64,000 bases of DNA, taken from positions 1 to 64,000 of the IMG/VR virus record IMGVR_UViG_3300045988_126785; one strand, written 5' to 3'. A model generated the notes under the pieces. That model saw only the letters and a program-made list of their open reading frames with translations, ran no database searches and was not told the DNA's origin. Shown here piece after piece: positions 22,612 through 30,733 of the stretch. Made by a program: the position numbers and the translations under genes. Each line of letters begins with the position of its first letter. Position 1 is the stretch's first letter. Source of the stretch: a virus.

Positions 22612-23619
22612 ATGGGAAGAACCTCTGCGCAGGAGCGCCGGGTCATGTCGGCCTTAGATAGCTGGCTCCGCAACGTGCAGGCCAGCGACGCGTCGGAGCG
22701 CACCGTCACCGCCTACGCCGCCGTCACAAACAGCTTTTATTCTTTCCTCGTGGAAAGCGGCCTTTCCACCGAGGAACCAACCTTCACCACCATGCAAGCC
22801 TACCGGGATCACCTCTTTGACCGGGGCCTCTCCCCCGTCTCCGTCCGGTATCATCTGGTGGTCCTCCGCTCCTTCTTCACCTACGCCAGCTCCCCCGAAC
22901 TGGGCGATGATCGCTTTTATGAGCAAAACCCTGTTTCCCTCTACCTGATGCCCTCCCTCCGCAAATTGGGAAAGCGTCCCTATGACGTGCTGCTCACCGA
23001 TGAGCAGGTCTGTAAGCTCTGGCGGGATTCCCCCGTCCGCACAACCCACCCGGAGAACTGGCCCCGGAATTACGCCATCGTGATCCTGCTGCTGACCACC
23101 GAACTGCGCAACGCCGAACTGCGGGCCTTGACCCCGGCGGACATCGACTTGGAGGACGCCGCCCTCCGCGTGGAACACGGCAAAGGCGATAAATTCCGGG
23201 TGGTGGACCTGCCGGACATCGCCGTGATCGCCCTCCGTCATTACCTCGCCAGCGGCATCCGCCCGGACGATCTCCCGGATACCGCCCCCCTGTTCGGCAC
23301 CCTCCGTTCCGGCGAATGGAAGGCCGGCACAAAACAGTGGCTTTCGGAGCTGGTGGAACGTCACGTCCGTTCCGTCACCGGCGTTTCGGACATCCGCAGC
23401 CACGATCTCCGCCACGTCGGCTCCCGTTTGGACCTCAATTCTGGTATGCCCGAAAATGAACTGCAAGCCAAATTGGGCCATGCCAGCCCCATCACCACCC
23501 AGCGTTATTCCGGGCGGCTCATGGACCGTTCTGGGCGGAAAAGCGCCAAGAAGGTTTTTGCCGAGCGGGACTTGCAAGCCAAGCGCAGTGCCGACAAGCT
23601 CACCGCCTTTTACGCCTGA
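22612..23619 (+). CDS. int: tyrosine recombinase / phage integrase
   Basis: Contains TELRNAELRAL (R), HGKGDK (K), HDLRH (HxxR) and LGHASPITTQRY (H, Y). Confidence 0.9.
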   Translation: MGRTSAQERRVMSALDSWLRNVQASDASERTVTAYAAVTNSFYSFLVESGLSTEEPTFTTMQAYRDHLFDRGLSPVSVRYHLVVLRSFFTYASSPELGDDRFYEQNPVSLYLMPSLRKLGKRPYDVLLTDEQVCKLWRDSPVRTTHPENWPRNYAIVILLLTTELRNAELRALTPADIDLEDAALRVEHGKGDKFRVVDLPDIAVIALRHYLASGIRPDDLPDTAPLFGTLRSGEWKAGTKQWLSELVERHVRSVTGVSDIRSHDLRHVGSRLDLNSGMPENELQAKLGHASPITTQRYSGRLMDRSGRKSAKKVFAERDLQAKRSADKLTAFYA

Positions 23620-23645
23620 TTCCCAGCGCTCACCCTGAACCCAAA

Positions 23646-23688
23646 ACACACGCTCATGCGTTTTGATCGCACGAGCGTGTGTTTTTTT
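23646..23688 (+). terminator. rho-independent terminator after int
   Basis: ACACACGCTC...GAGCGTGTGT (10 bp, with an inner TGCG/CGCA pairing), then T7. Confidence 0.8.
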
Positions 23689-23710
23689 GTCTGCATAAGA
23701 TTACACAACT

Positions 23711-23742
23711 ATAAAAAGAGCGCACGGTTAGTCCGTGCGCTC
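23711..23742 (-). terminator. rho-independent terminator ending the late operon
   Basis: GAGCGCACGG, loop TTAGT, CCGTGCGCTC, with a T-run on the minus strand. The stop codon of 23728-23865 sits in the loop. Confidence 0.7.
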
Positions 23743-23865
23743 CATGTAAAGGGCCTCCGCCCTGCGCTGCGCCGCCATCAGGTCCGCTTTTAGGCGTTCC
23801 AGTTCCTCAATGGCTTCCGTAATGGCGTGAAACAGACAGAGATATTCCGGTTTCAGCGGCTCCAT
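23728..23865 (-). CDS. small hypothetical protein (45 aa)
   Basis: Hand translation gives MEPLKPEYLCLFHAITEAIEELERLKADLMAAQRRAEALYMERTD. GGGAGGGGAG RBS. Confidence 0.45.
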   Translation of the reverse strand: MEPLKPEYLCLFHAITEAIEELERLKADLMAAQRRAEALYMERTD

Positions 23866-23946
23866 GGTCTCCCCTCCCTTCTGCGGTCAGTGTACCACAG
23901 AGGGCGTGTCGAAAAAACGGGAAATCAGCCGGGGCTGCCGGATATT

Positions 23947-24141
23947 TTATGCTTTCTCTCCCGCCGCCTTCTCCGGATGCAGCATCCCGATCAATTCGGA
24001 ATACTCCGCCTCCGTCAGCTTCCCTGCCGCAAAGAAAATGTCCAGCTTTTCCTTGGTTCACTTCCGCTGGAGCAGGTCCAGAACGATGGCCGTAACCCCG
24101 GATCTTGTCACGGCGCTGATTACGATTTGTACAATTTCCAT
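23947..24141 (-). pseudogene. XkdX-like small tail-region gene interrupted by an in-frame TGA (24058-24060)
   Basis: Codon-by-codon reading gives MEIVQIVISAVTRSGVTAIVLDLLQRK-TGA-TKEKLDIFFAAGKLTEAEYSELIGML...EKA-TAA. GGAGACA RBS. Confidence 0.45.
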
Positions 24142-24218
24142 TGGTGTTGTCTCCTTAACGTTGCAGATTAAGGGTTTCGTTATTCTTCCGTCAATATGTC
24201 TGCCGCCCCGCGGCTGGG

Positions 24219-24656
24219 TTATTCAGTCCATTCCACCCATCCGTCCATGTAGACGTAGAGCTTCCCGTCCTTGCGGTAATAGGCGTTGTTGATAAGAGGC
24301 ACGCCCTCCGCGTATTCAATGGGGTTCTCAGCGCTGGTGCCAACAGGGTTTTCCTGTGCGACGTATTCCTTACGCACCAGCACATCCCCCACATAGGTTT
24401 CCACCCAGTTCTGCCCTAACTTGTCGCTCCGGGTGGTCTCCGTGTGGATCAGGTCAGTAATAGGCTGGATGGCCTCCCCGGCGTCCACCTCACACACGGA
24501 GGCTCCGTCAGCAAAGAGATACGGCGTCCCCCGGTACGCCACGCCCTCCGCGTGGTTTACGTCCGTCAGAAGATACACGCCGGAGGTGTGTACCCGGATG
24601 TAGTTGACCTTTTCGGTCAGGTAGCTTTCCCCTTGCGGGGTGGTAATTCGATACAT
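24219..24656 (-). CDS. tail-fibre-distal hypothetical protein (145 aa)
   Basis: Track ORF, coupled to the upstream gene. Confidence 0.55.
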   Translation of the reverse strand: MYRITTPQGESYLTEKVNYIRVHTSGVYLLTDVNHAEGVAYRGTPYLFADGASVCEVDAGEAIQPITDLIHTETTRSDKLGQNWVETYVGDVLVRKEYVAQENPVGTSAENPIEYAEGVPLINNAYYRKDGKLYVYMDGWVEWTE

Positions 24657-25393
24657 TAGGCAACTCCTTTCAAAAGCATGGTGGTTTCGTCAAACAAGGC
24701 GGTCTTGGGGAGCACCAGCGCAGGGAGGATATAGTCTGATGAGGACGCAAGGTTATAGTTATAGGACCCACTTTCGCTGACAATACTCACATATTTTGAA
24801 TCGGCGGTCCGCGGAGAACGAGTCCACCAATCACGAGCCATATTATTCTGATATGCAATGCGCTTGTTGTTTGCAGACGAACCGGTTCCAGACTCGAAGT
24901 AGGCCAGCTTCGCACCGTCCACCGGGAAGTAGGGGTTGTCGCTGGTCGTCCAGCCAAGTTCATAGCCCCCCAGCAGGAACACCTTGCAGGATAGGCCGTT
25001 TGCTCCGCTCTGGTCGGTACCGCCGGAGCCGCCGCCACTCCGATACGGTATCTTCACCTGCTTGACAGAGGCTCGTTCCACGCTTCCTAAACTATTGAAA
25101 AAGTCCCCATTCAACCAAGTGTTAATAGCGCTGGTTTCGTACTTGTTTGCATCGGACGTGTTCCATTGTCTCTCGCTGTGAATATCCTTCCTCAGCAGCC
25201 ACGTCCCGTCGCAGCTTGCGTCATACAAACTGGAATTGCTGGGGATTCCTTGGTTGACCACCAGATATTCAACCGCCGTGCCGCCCTCCATCAGCTTCAC
25301 CACAGACCCCACGGCCAGCGTCCCGGCCTGAATGCCCGTCACCGGCGCTTTCAGCGTCGGCACAATGCCGCTCATAATCACTTTGCCCATCAT
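24656..25393 (-). CDS. receptor-binding-type tail protein, paralog 3 (WWTRSP motif)
   Basis: Its N-terminal half is nearly identical to that of 26107-26829. Confidence 0.6.
   Translation of the reverse strand: MMGKVIMSGIVPTLKAPVTGIQAGTLAVGSVVKLMEGGTAVEYLVVNQGIPSNSSLYDASCDGTWLLRKDIHSERQWNTSDANKYETSAINTWLNGDFFNSLGSVERASVKQVKIPYRSGGGSGGTDQSGANGLSCKVFLLGGYELGWTTSDNPYFPVDGAKLAYFESGTGSSANNKRIAYQNNMARDWWTRSPRTADSKYVSIVSESGSYNYNLASSSDYILPALVLPKTALFDETTMLLKGVA
25146..25300. repeat. 155-bp near-identical direct repeat (partner 26588-26742)
   Basis: Aligned by eye, with 2 mismatches. Weaker similarity extends on both sides. Confidence 0.9.
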
Positions 25394-25402
25394 GCCACCT
25401 CC

Positions 25403-26110
25403 TTAGAAGCAGAAGCCGAAGGCCACGCCGAAACCGTCACCCGCTGCATCCCAGTCGGTGGTTCCATTTAGTGATACAGTACAAAATTTCGTGGTTCTGT
25501 CTTTGTTGGGGGATCGTTCCCACCAGCTGTTTGCGCTGCCGTTTCGTTTCTTCACTTTGCTATTGCCCGCCTTGTAGTAGTTGTACTGCGTACCCTCTCC
25601 GCTAAATGCGTTCGTTGTTGAACCGAATACCTCGATTTCCGAAAGAAGGAACAGCTTGTCCGCCGTGGTGTTGATGGTGGCGCTCTGACTGCCCGCCGAG
25701 GTCAGCTTATTCACCTCGCGGATGCCGTTTTGTACCTCCGTCGGCATCTGGCTCAGGATGGCAGGCAGGTGTGTTTTCCGCATGACGCAACTTGTCCAGC
25801 CACCCTTATTGGTGTCTGAATTGTTCATGCTTTCCGTTGTTCCGTAGCAGTCGTGCAGCTGGAAGGTCAGCGGAGCCTTGCCGCTACCATCGGCATAGTC
25901 ATCATGCCCCTTGCCAATAATGTCGATCTGATACTCGGTTCCGTTAATGAGCATAGTCTTGCTGTTCCCCACCGCCCAAGTATCCGGCACTTTGTTTTTG
26001 TGGCAGGCATCAATGATCTGCGCCCACGTATTGTCCGCAAAATTCGCCTTGTACGTCACCGGCGCGGTATGCACCTCGCCCTTCCGCATTATCAAGCAAT
26101 GTCCCATCAT
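25403..26110 (-). CDS. receptor-binding-type tail protein, paralog 2 (WWERSP motif)
   Basis: Track ORF with the same architecture and motif, but a divergent sequence. Confidence 0.55.
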   Translation of the reverse strand: MMGHCLIMRKGEVHTAPVTYKANFADNTWAQIIDACHKNKVPDTWAVGNSKTMLINGTEYQIDIIGKGHDDYADGSGKAPLTFQLHDCYGTTESMNNSDTNKGGWTSCVMRKTHLPAILSQMPTEVQNGIREVNKLTSAGSQSATINTTADKLFLLSEIEVFGSTTNAFSGEGTQYNYYKAGNSKVKKRNGSANSWWERSPNKDRTTKFCTVSLNGTTDWDAAGDGFGVAFGFCF

Positions 26111-26829
26111 GCCACCCCCTTCAAGAGCATGGTGGTTTCATCAAATAGCGCATTGCTGGGAAGAACCAAAGCGGGCCGGATACCGCGCGAGATGGATGCG
26201 TTGCTGAAGTAGTAGCTGCCATTGCCACCGACGAAACACACGATGCCGGTATCGCCGGTGTACGGGGTGCGGAGCCACCAGCCGTCGGCCGAGCCGTTCA
26301 GTTTCGCAATGCGCTTGGAGTCGCCGTAAGAACTTGCGATGAAGTAGTCCAGCTTCGCGCCGTCAACCGGGAAGTAGCTGCTGTCGCTGGTCGTCCAGCC
26401 GACTTCGTAGCCGGATAGCAGGAACACCTTGCAGGACAGACCGTTCGCGCCACTCTGATCCGAACCGCCAGAACCGCCGCGGCGATACGGTATTTTCACC
26501 TGCTTAACGACCGCCTGCTCAGTGGTCCCAAGACTATTGAAAAAGTCCCCATTTAACCAAGTGTTGATAGTGCTGGTCTCGTATATGTTTGCATCGGACG
26601 TGTTCCATTGTCTCTCGCTGTGAATATCCTTCCTCAGCAGCCACGTCCCGTCGCAGCTTGCATCATACAAACTGGAATTGCTGGGGATTCCTTGGTTGAC
26701 CACCAGATATTCAACCGCCGTGCCGCCCTCCATGAGCTTCACGGTAGTCCCAACGGCAAGGGAACTTGCAAGGATGCCGGTTGACGGGGCTTTTGCTCTG
26801 CACCCGCCAACAACCGTTACATGGCCCAT
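26107..26829 (-). CDS. receptor-binding-type tail protein, paralog 1 (WWLRTP motif)
   Basis: Track ORF with an ATGA overlap. Confidence 0.6.
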   Translation of the reverse strand: MGHVTVVGGCRAKAPSTGILASSLAVGTTVKLMEGGTAVEYLVVNQGIPSNSSLYDASCDGTWLLRKDIHSERQWNTSDANIYETSTINTWLNGDFFNSLGTTEQAVVKQVKIPYRRGGSGGSDQSGANGLSCKVFLLSGYEVGWTTSDSSYFPVDGAKLDYFIASSYGDSKRIAKLNGSADGWWLRTPYTGDTGIVCFVGGNGSYYFSNASISRGIRPALVLPSNALFDETTMLLKGVA

Positions 26830-27239
26830 CAGCTCACCTCCGCAACAATGGGGATTGCAACCGTGTTGGCGTCCCCGAAGATCGTAAATTTGATACCGCC
26901 GTCATAGGTCTCTGCATAGCCGTTGGTGATGCAGTTGAGATACTGGTTCTCCGCCTCCACAAAGGCCGCGTAATCGTCGCTTGTCCCGCTGCCGGTGTAA
27001 GCATGGTCCACCGTGGCCGTTTGGCTTGCCAGCACGCCGGGAATCGCCACGCTCTGGGTCTTGACCCCGGTGTTGCTGTCCTCCGTCCATGTGGTGCCGA
27101 TGGTGGCGGTGTAGGTGGTCCCCCCGCCCCCAATAGGGCGTTGGTCAAGGGCTTCCAGTTCATTTTCGATCTTGTTCAAATGCGCTGCGTCCAGCGCTGG
27201 GGCCTGACCGTTGGCCCATACGGTTTTGGAATATGCCAT
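26829..27239 (-). CDS. tail fibre/baseplate-associated protein (136 aa)
   Basis: Track ORF in the tail module. Confidence 0.5.
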   Translation of the reverse strand: MAYSKTVWANGQAPALDAAHLNKIENELEALDQRPIGGGGTTYTATIGTTWTEDSNTGVKTQSVAIPGVLASQTATVDHAYTGSGTSDDYAAFVEAENQYLNCITNGYAETYDGGIKFTIFGDANTVAIPIVAEVS

Positions 27240-27345
27240 TACATCCGCCCCCTCTCAGGAAAAGAAAGGGCCGTTTTCCCGCAACGATTCTTCTTCATAA
27301 AAGTTCCTCCTTTTGATCCGGTGCCCTTTTGGGCTGCTTCACCGT

Positions 27346-28602
27346 TCAGGTGGGCCACCCCGTCACGGTGGCCGTGGGGAAATCCTGTACCGACACGGCG
27401 GAAATCTGCATGGGGCCGCTCCATGTCAGGGGCCTTGTGAACCCCTGCACCAGATGCCGCTCCACCGGAGACCCCGCCTTGTCGCTCCGCACGATGGAAA
27501 TTAGTTCATTTTCGTTCAGGTGCATGATCTGGCTGCACGAAACCGAGACGGACTTTTGCAGTGCTGCGGACCGTTTCAGCTTCCACACAGCCAAGTCCTC
27601 GCACTGTCTTTTCGTGGAATAGCCCGCCGCCCGGTAGCGCACGGTTTTGCGCCCGATCCGACTTACATTTGTGCTGCTGGCCGGGTCAAGGTTCTGCGCC
27701 CGTGCCGCCACCTGTGGGCTGTTGTTCACGGCTTCCCCGATCACGATGAAATCGTTGTACACTTCCGTGTTTTTCTCCGTGTACTCCGTCCCCAGCAGTT
27801 CCGCCTCGCTTTGGGAGAATTGCCACGCCAGCGGCTTGTCGCTGTCCAGAATATCGTCCTGAGAGGGGTCGATCCGCAGTGCGCCGGAGGCATCGTACCC
27901 GATCCACGCCGCCAGCATTTCCGCAAGACCGAGGCACACGTCCGCATAGCTTCCGTTGTCACTGTCCACCCGCAGGGTGTAGGGTGCGTCCGTCAGTTTG
28001 GCCGTAGAACCGTTGGGCAGGGCCTGCGTCTTGCCGTTGTAGTATTCCGTGAATACCGGAGACACGTTGTCCACCGGTTCTCCGTTTCCCCGGTCCAGCT
28101 TTAAAAGGGCTGCAATGGGTGCAAACACGTTGGTCCCCGCCTTTACCTCGTAGGTCCCCTCCAGATAGCCGAAAAGCGTTCCGTCAAGATCCGCCCATTT
28201 GTCCACCAGATCGTATTGGGCGGTCCGCTTGGCCGGTTCCAGCGTCTCCACCGGGTCCTTCACCAGAAAGACCCCCTGCTGAATGTAAAAATCCGTGCCG
28301 TCGCTGAGCACCAGCCCTTCGTCCAGTGCGATTCGGTTTCCGAACCACACTCGGTTGATGTTGTAGTCAAACGTGCCGTCCAGATTCGCCAGCGTCACCG
28401 AAGCCGTCCGCCGCTGCCCGTTGTTCAGATTCACGGACAGGCTCCCGTCTGCGATAAACGCCCCGGCAAAGCGCCCCGTGGGGTTGTTGTCCAGTGCGAA
28501 AGCCGTGGAGCCGTCCGGCTGCAAAAACCGCAGACGGCACAGCTTGGTAAAAGGCCGGCGCAGCATCTTGCGGTAATCGTTCATCCGTTCCGCTTGGGTC
28601 AT
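27346..28602 (-). CDS. tail/baseplate structural protein (418 aa)
   Basis: Track ORF with a GAGGGAGG RBS, located downstream of the tape measure. Confidence 0.55.
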   Translation of the reverse strand: MTQAERMNDYRKMLRRPFTKLCRLRFLQPDGSTAFALDNNPTGRFAGAFIADGSLSVNLNNGQRRTASVTLANLDGTFDYNINRVWFGNRIALDEGLVLSDGTDFYIQQGVFLVKDPVETLEPAKRTAQYDLVDKWADLDGTLFGYLEGTYEVKAGTNVFAPIAALLKLDRGNGEPVDNVSPVFTEYYNGKTQALPNGSTAKLTDAPYTLRVDSDNGSYADVCLGLAEMLAAWIGYDASGALRIDPSQDDILDSDKPLAWQFSQSEAELLGTEYTEKNTEVYNDFIVIGEAVNNSPQVAARAQNLDPASSTNVSRIGRKTVRYRAAGYSTKRQCEDLAVWKLKRSAALQKSVSVSCSQIMHLNENELISIVRSDKAGSPVERHLVQGFTRPLTWSGPMQISAVSVQDFPTATVTGWPT

Positions 28603-28620
28603 TTCTGCATCGCCTCCCTC

Positions 28621-30720
28621 TTATGCAAACAAAGCGTCGCCCGATGTGAGCAGGATACGCGCCCCATCCGCGGAGCCGATCTCCACCCACGGCAGCGTCA
28701 CCGTCTGCACCTGCTGTCGGCTGCCGTCCATGGTGCTCATGGAAATGGCCCCGCCCGCCCGGATCTGCCACAAGTCTCCCCGCCGGTCTTTCAGAAACAG
28801 GGTGTCCTGCGTGGTTGAGAGGGCGTACACGGCGTTTCGCACCTCGTTGGTATCCGTATACTCCCCACTGGGCAAAACATGTCCTATGGCCGCTGAGAGC
28901 GTCCCGGAGCGGTAATCGCTGGGGGAACTCTGTACCGTGGGATACCGGGTAAAGTTCCCCAGCACACCGGGGCTGTTGTTGTTGCTGATTTCCCCGCTGG
29001 CCACGTTCAGGCTGAACCGGAAGATCGCCGCCGGGTGATAGCCCCCATCTGCGTCCCTGGTGCATTGCAGAACCGTCCAGTCCCAGAAGATGGGTGTCAC
29101 CGCGTCGGAGATCAGGGCGTTGGTCACGATGACCTCCTGCCCGTCCGCCGTCTGCCCCAGTCCGAACATATAGTAGCGGTACGTCTCCTGCGATACCGCC
29201 TTGCAGTCCAGAATGGCCCGCTCCGAAAGGGGCGTCTGTGCCACCGGTTCCAGCGTTGCTTCCCCCTCGTGGTAGCGGTAAATGGCAAAGCCCGTCAGCG
29301 TTCCGCTGAAAGCCAGGTTCCCCGCCTGCAGGCCGCCTCCGGCGAAATCCGTCTGGAATAGTGTGTTCCCGGAAAACGCCCCCGGCGTCCAGCCGTCCTG
29401 GCTCAGAATCTGGTCCAACACACCGGCTTCCAGAACCTCGCCCGTCACCCACAGATAGTCGCAGGTTTGTACGCCGCCCAGCGTCAAAGAGGTAATGGAC
29501 CGTCCCGCCAGTTTCACCTCGCTGCTGAAAATGTTGCCGGACTGAGTACCCTTGTTGGGATACAGTTTCGGTCCGGGGTACAGGGTCACGGCGGGATACA
29601 ATGCGTTGACCCATGTCACCTGCCGGAGATAGATTTGTCCGCCGGTGATCACCAGCGTCCATTCGTCCTCCGCCGTTACGCCGCGCAGGGCGTCCTCCCA
29701 GACCTCCACGCCGTCCACCGTCATAGAAACGCCGGACTTCCCCAGCGTCACGATGGCAGTGCCTCCATTCAGCCCCACTGTCAGAATGGGATTGTCAAGA
29801 GTCACGTCCACCATCCCGCTCCACACCAAGCTCCACGGCTGAGCGTAGTTCATCGGCTGCCCCGTCACCTTGTCCCAGATCACGGTCCCATCCGCTCCCA
29901 ATACCAGCTTTCCGTTTTGGATGCGGTTTTCTCCTGCCGCCGTGCCCTGCACATCGTACAGCCCCGGCCATGTCACCCGGATACCGGACTTTTTGCAGTT
30001 GGGACAGGCCACCACCGCGCCGGTGGTGGTGGCGGTAGCGTAGGCCACCCGGAAATCCACCCAGCCGGTGTCTGCCTGAACGCCGTTCTCCGTCTGCACC
30101 TGACAGCGAACGGCGTAATCCGTGTCGGAAAACAAGCCGTCATACTCCATCCGCAGTTCCGCCGTGCCGTAAATGCGCCCGCTGTCATAGAGCGCCGTAT
30201 CGCTGCTTTTTGCCCGGAGCATCCACCGCACCCAGTTCAGCGTGTCTCCCTGCGCCTGAGAATAGGCCGCCGTAAATGCGTACTTCCGCACCGTCAGCGG
30301 CGAGGGGATGGCGGCCACGGTCAGTACCGGGTCCGCCCTCGTCAGAAAGACCGATGCGCTCCGCTGGGTCACGCTCTCTGCGTCGGTCTCCCCCCACCAC
30401 TGCTTAATGATCAGCTTGTACTGCTGCCCGTTCTCCATCTTGGCCCCGCTCAATGCGTCAGCCGGAATGGTGTGGGTAAACAGCACGGTGTTTCCCGCGT
30501 AGTCGATCCCATAGAAGGGACATCCCTCCGTCAGCTTCCCCGTGGTGTACACCTGTGTGGACGCCGCATCGTTTTTGCAGATCGTCAGGGAAAATGCGGT
30601 CATAGCGGAGTTGCCGTTCACCTGCCAGCTCACCGCCAGCGGCTTTGTAATATCAACCGTGCCGTTTCCCAGTTCCCCAAGGGACGAGGGATAAATATTC
30701 GTTGGTTGGAATAATGCCAT
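28621..30720 (-). CDS. distal tail / tail-tip structural protein (699 aa)
   Basis: Track ORF immediately after the tape measure. Confidence 0.55.
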   Translation of the reverse strand: MALFQPTNIYPSSLGELGNGTVDITKPLAVSWQVNGNSAMTAFSLTICKNDAASTQVYTTGKLTEGCPFYGIDYAGNTVLFTHTIPADALSGAKMENGQQYKLIIKQWWGETDAESVTQRSASVFLTRADPVLTVAAIPSPLTVRKYAFTAAYSQAQGDTLNWVRWMLRAKSSDTALYDSGRIYGTAELRMEYDGLFSDTDYAVRCQVQTENGVQADTGWVDFRVAYATATTTGAVVACPNCKKSGIRVTWPGLYDVQGTAAGENRIQNGKLVLGADGTVIWDKVTGQPMNYAQPWSLVWSGMVDVTLDNPILTVGLNGGTAIVTLGKSGVSMTVDGVEVWEDALRGVTAEDEWTLVITGGQIYLRQVTWVNALYPAVTLYPGPKLYPNKGTQSGNIFSSEVKLAGRSITSLTLGGVQTCDYLWVTGEVLEAGVLDQILSQDGWTPGAFSGNTLFQTDFAGGGLQAGNLAFSGTLTGFAIYRYHEGEATLEPVAQTPLSERAILDCKAVSQETYRYYMFGLGQTADGQEVIVTNALISDAVTPIFWDWTVLQCTRDADGGYHPAAIFRFSLNVASGEISNNNSPGVLGNFTRYPTVQSSPSDYRSGTLSAAIGHVLPSGEYTDTNEVRNAVYALSTTQDTLFLKDRRGDLWQIRAGGAISMSTMDGSRQQVQTVTLPWVEIGSADGARILLTSGDALFA

Positions 30721-30733
30721 GCGCCCGCCTCCC

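Noticed and set aside
24219-27239. Diversity-generating retroelement or invertible shufflon acting on the paralogous tail-fibre genes.
   Set aside because: There is no reverse transcriptase, no template/variable repeat pair with adenine-specific differences, no invertase and no inverted repeats. The repeats are direct.
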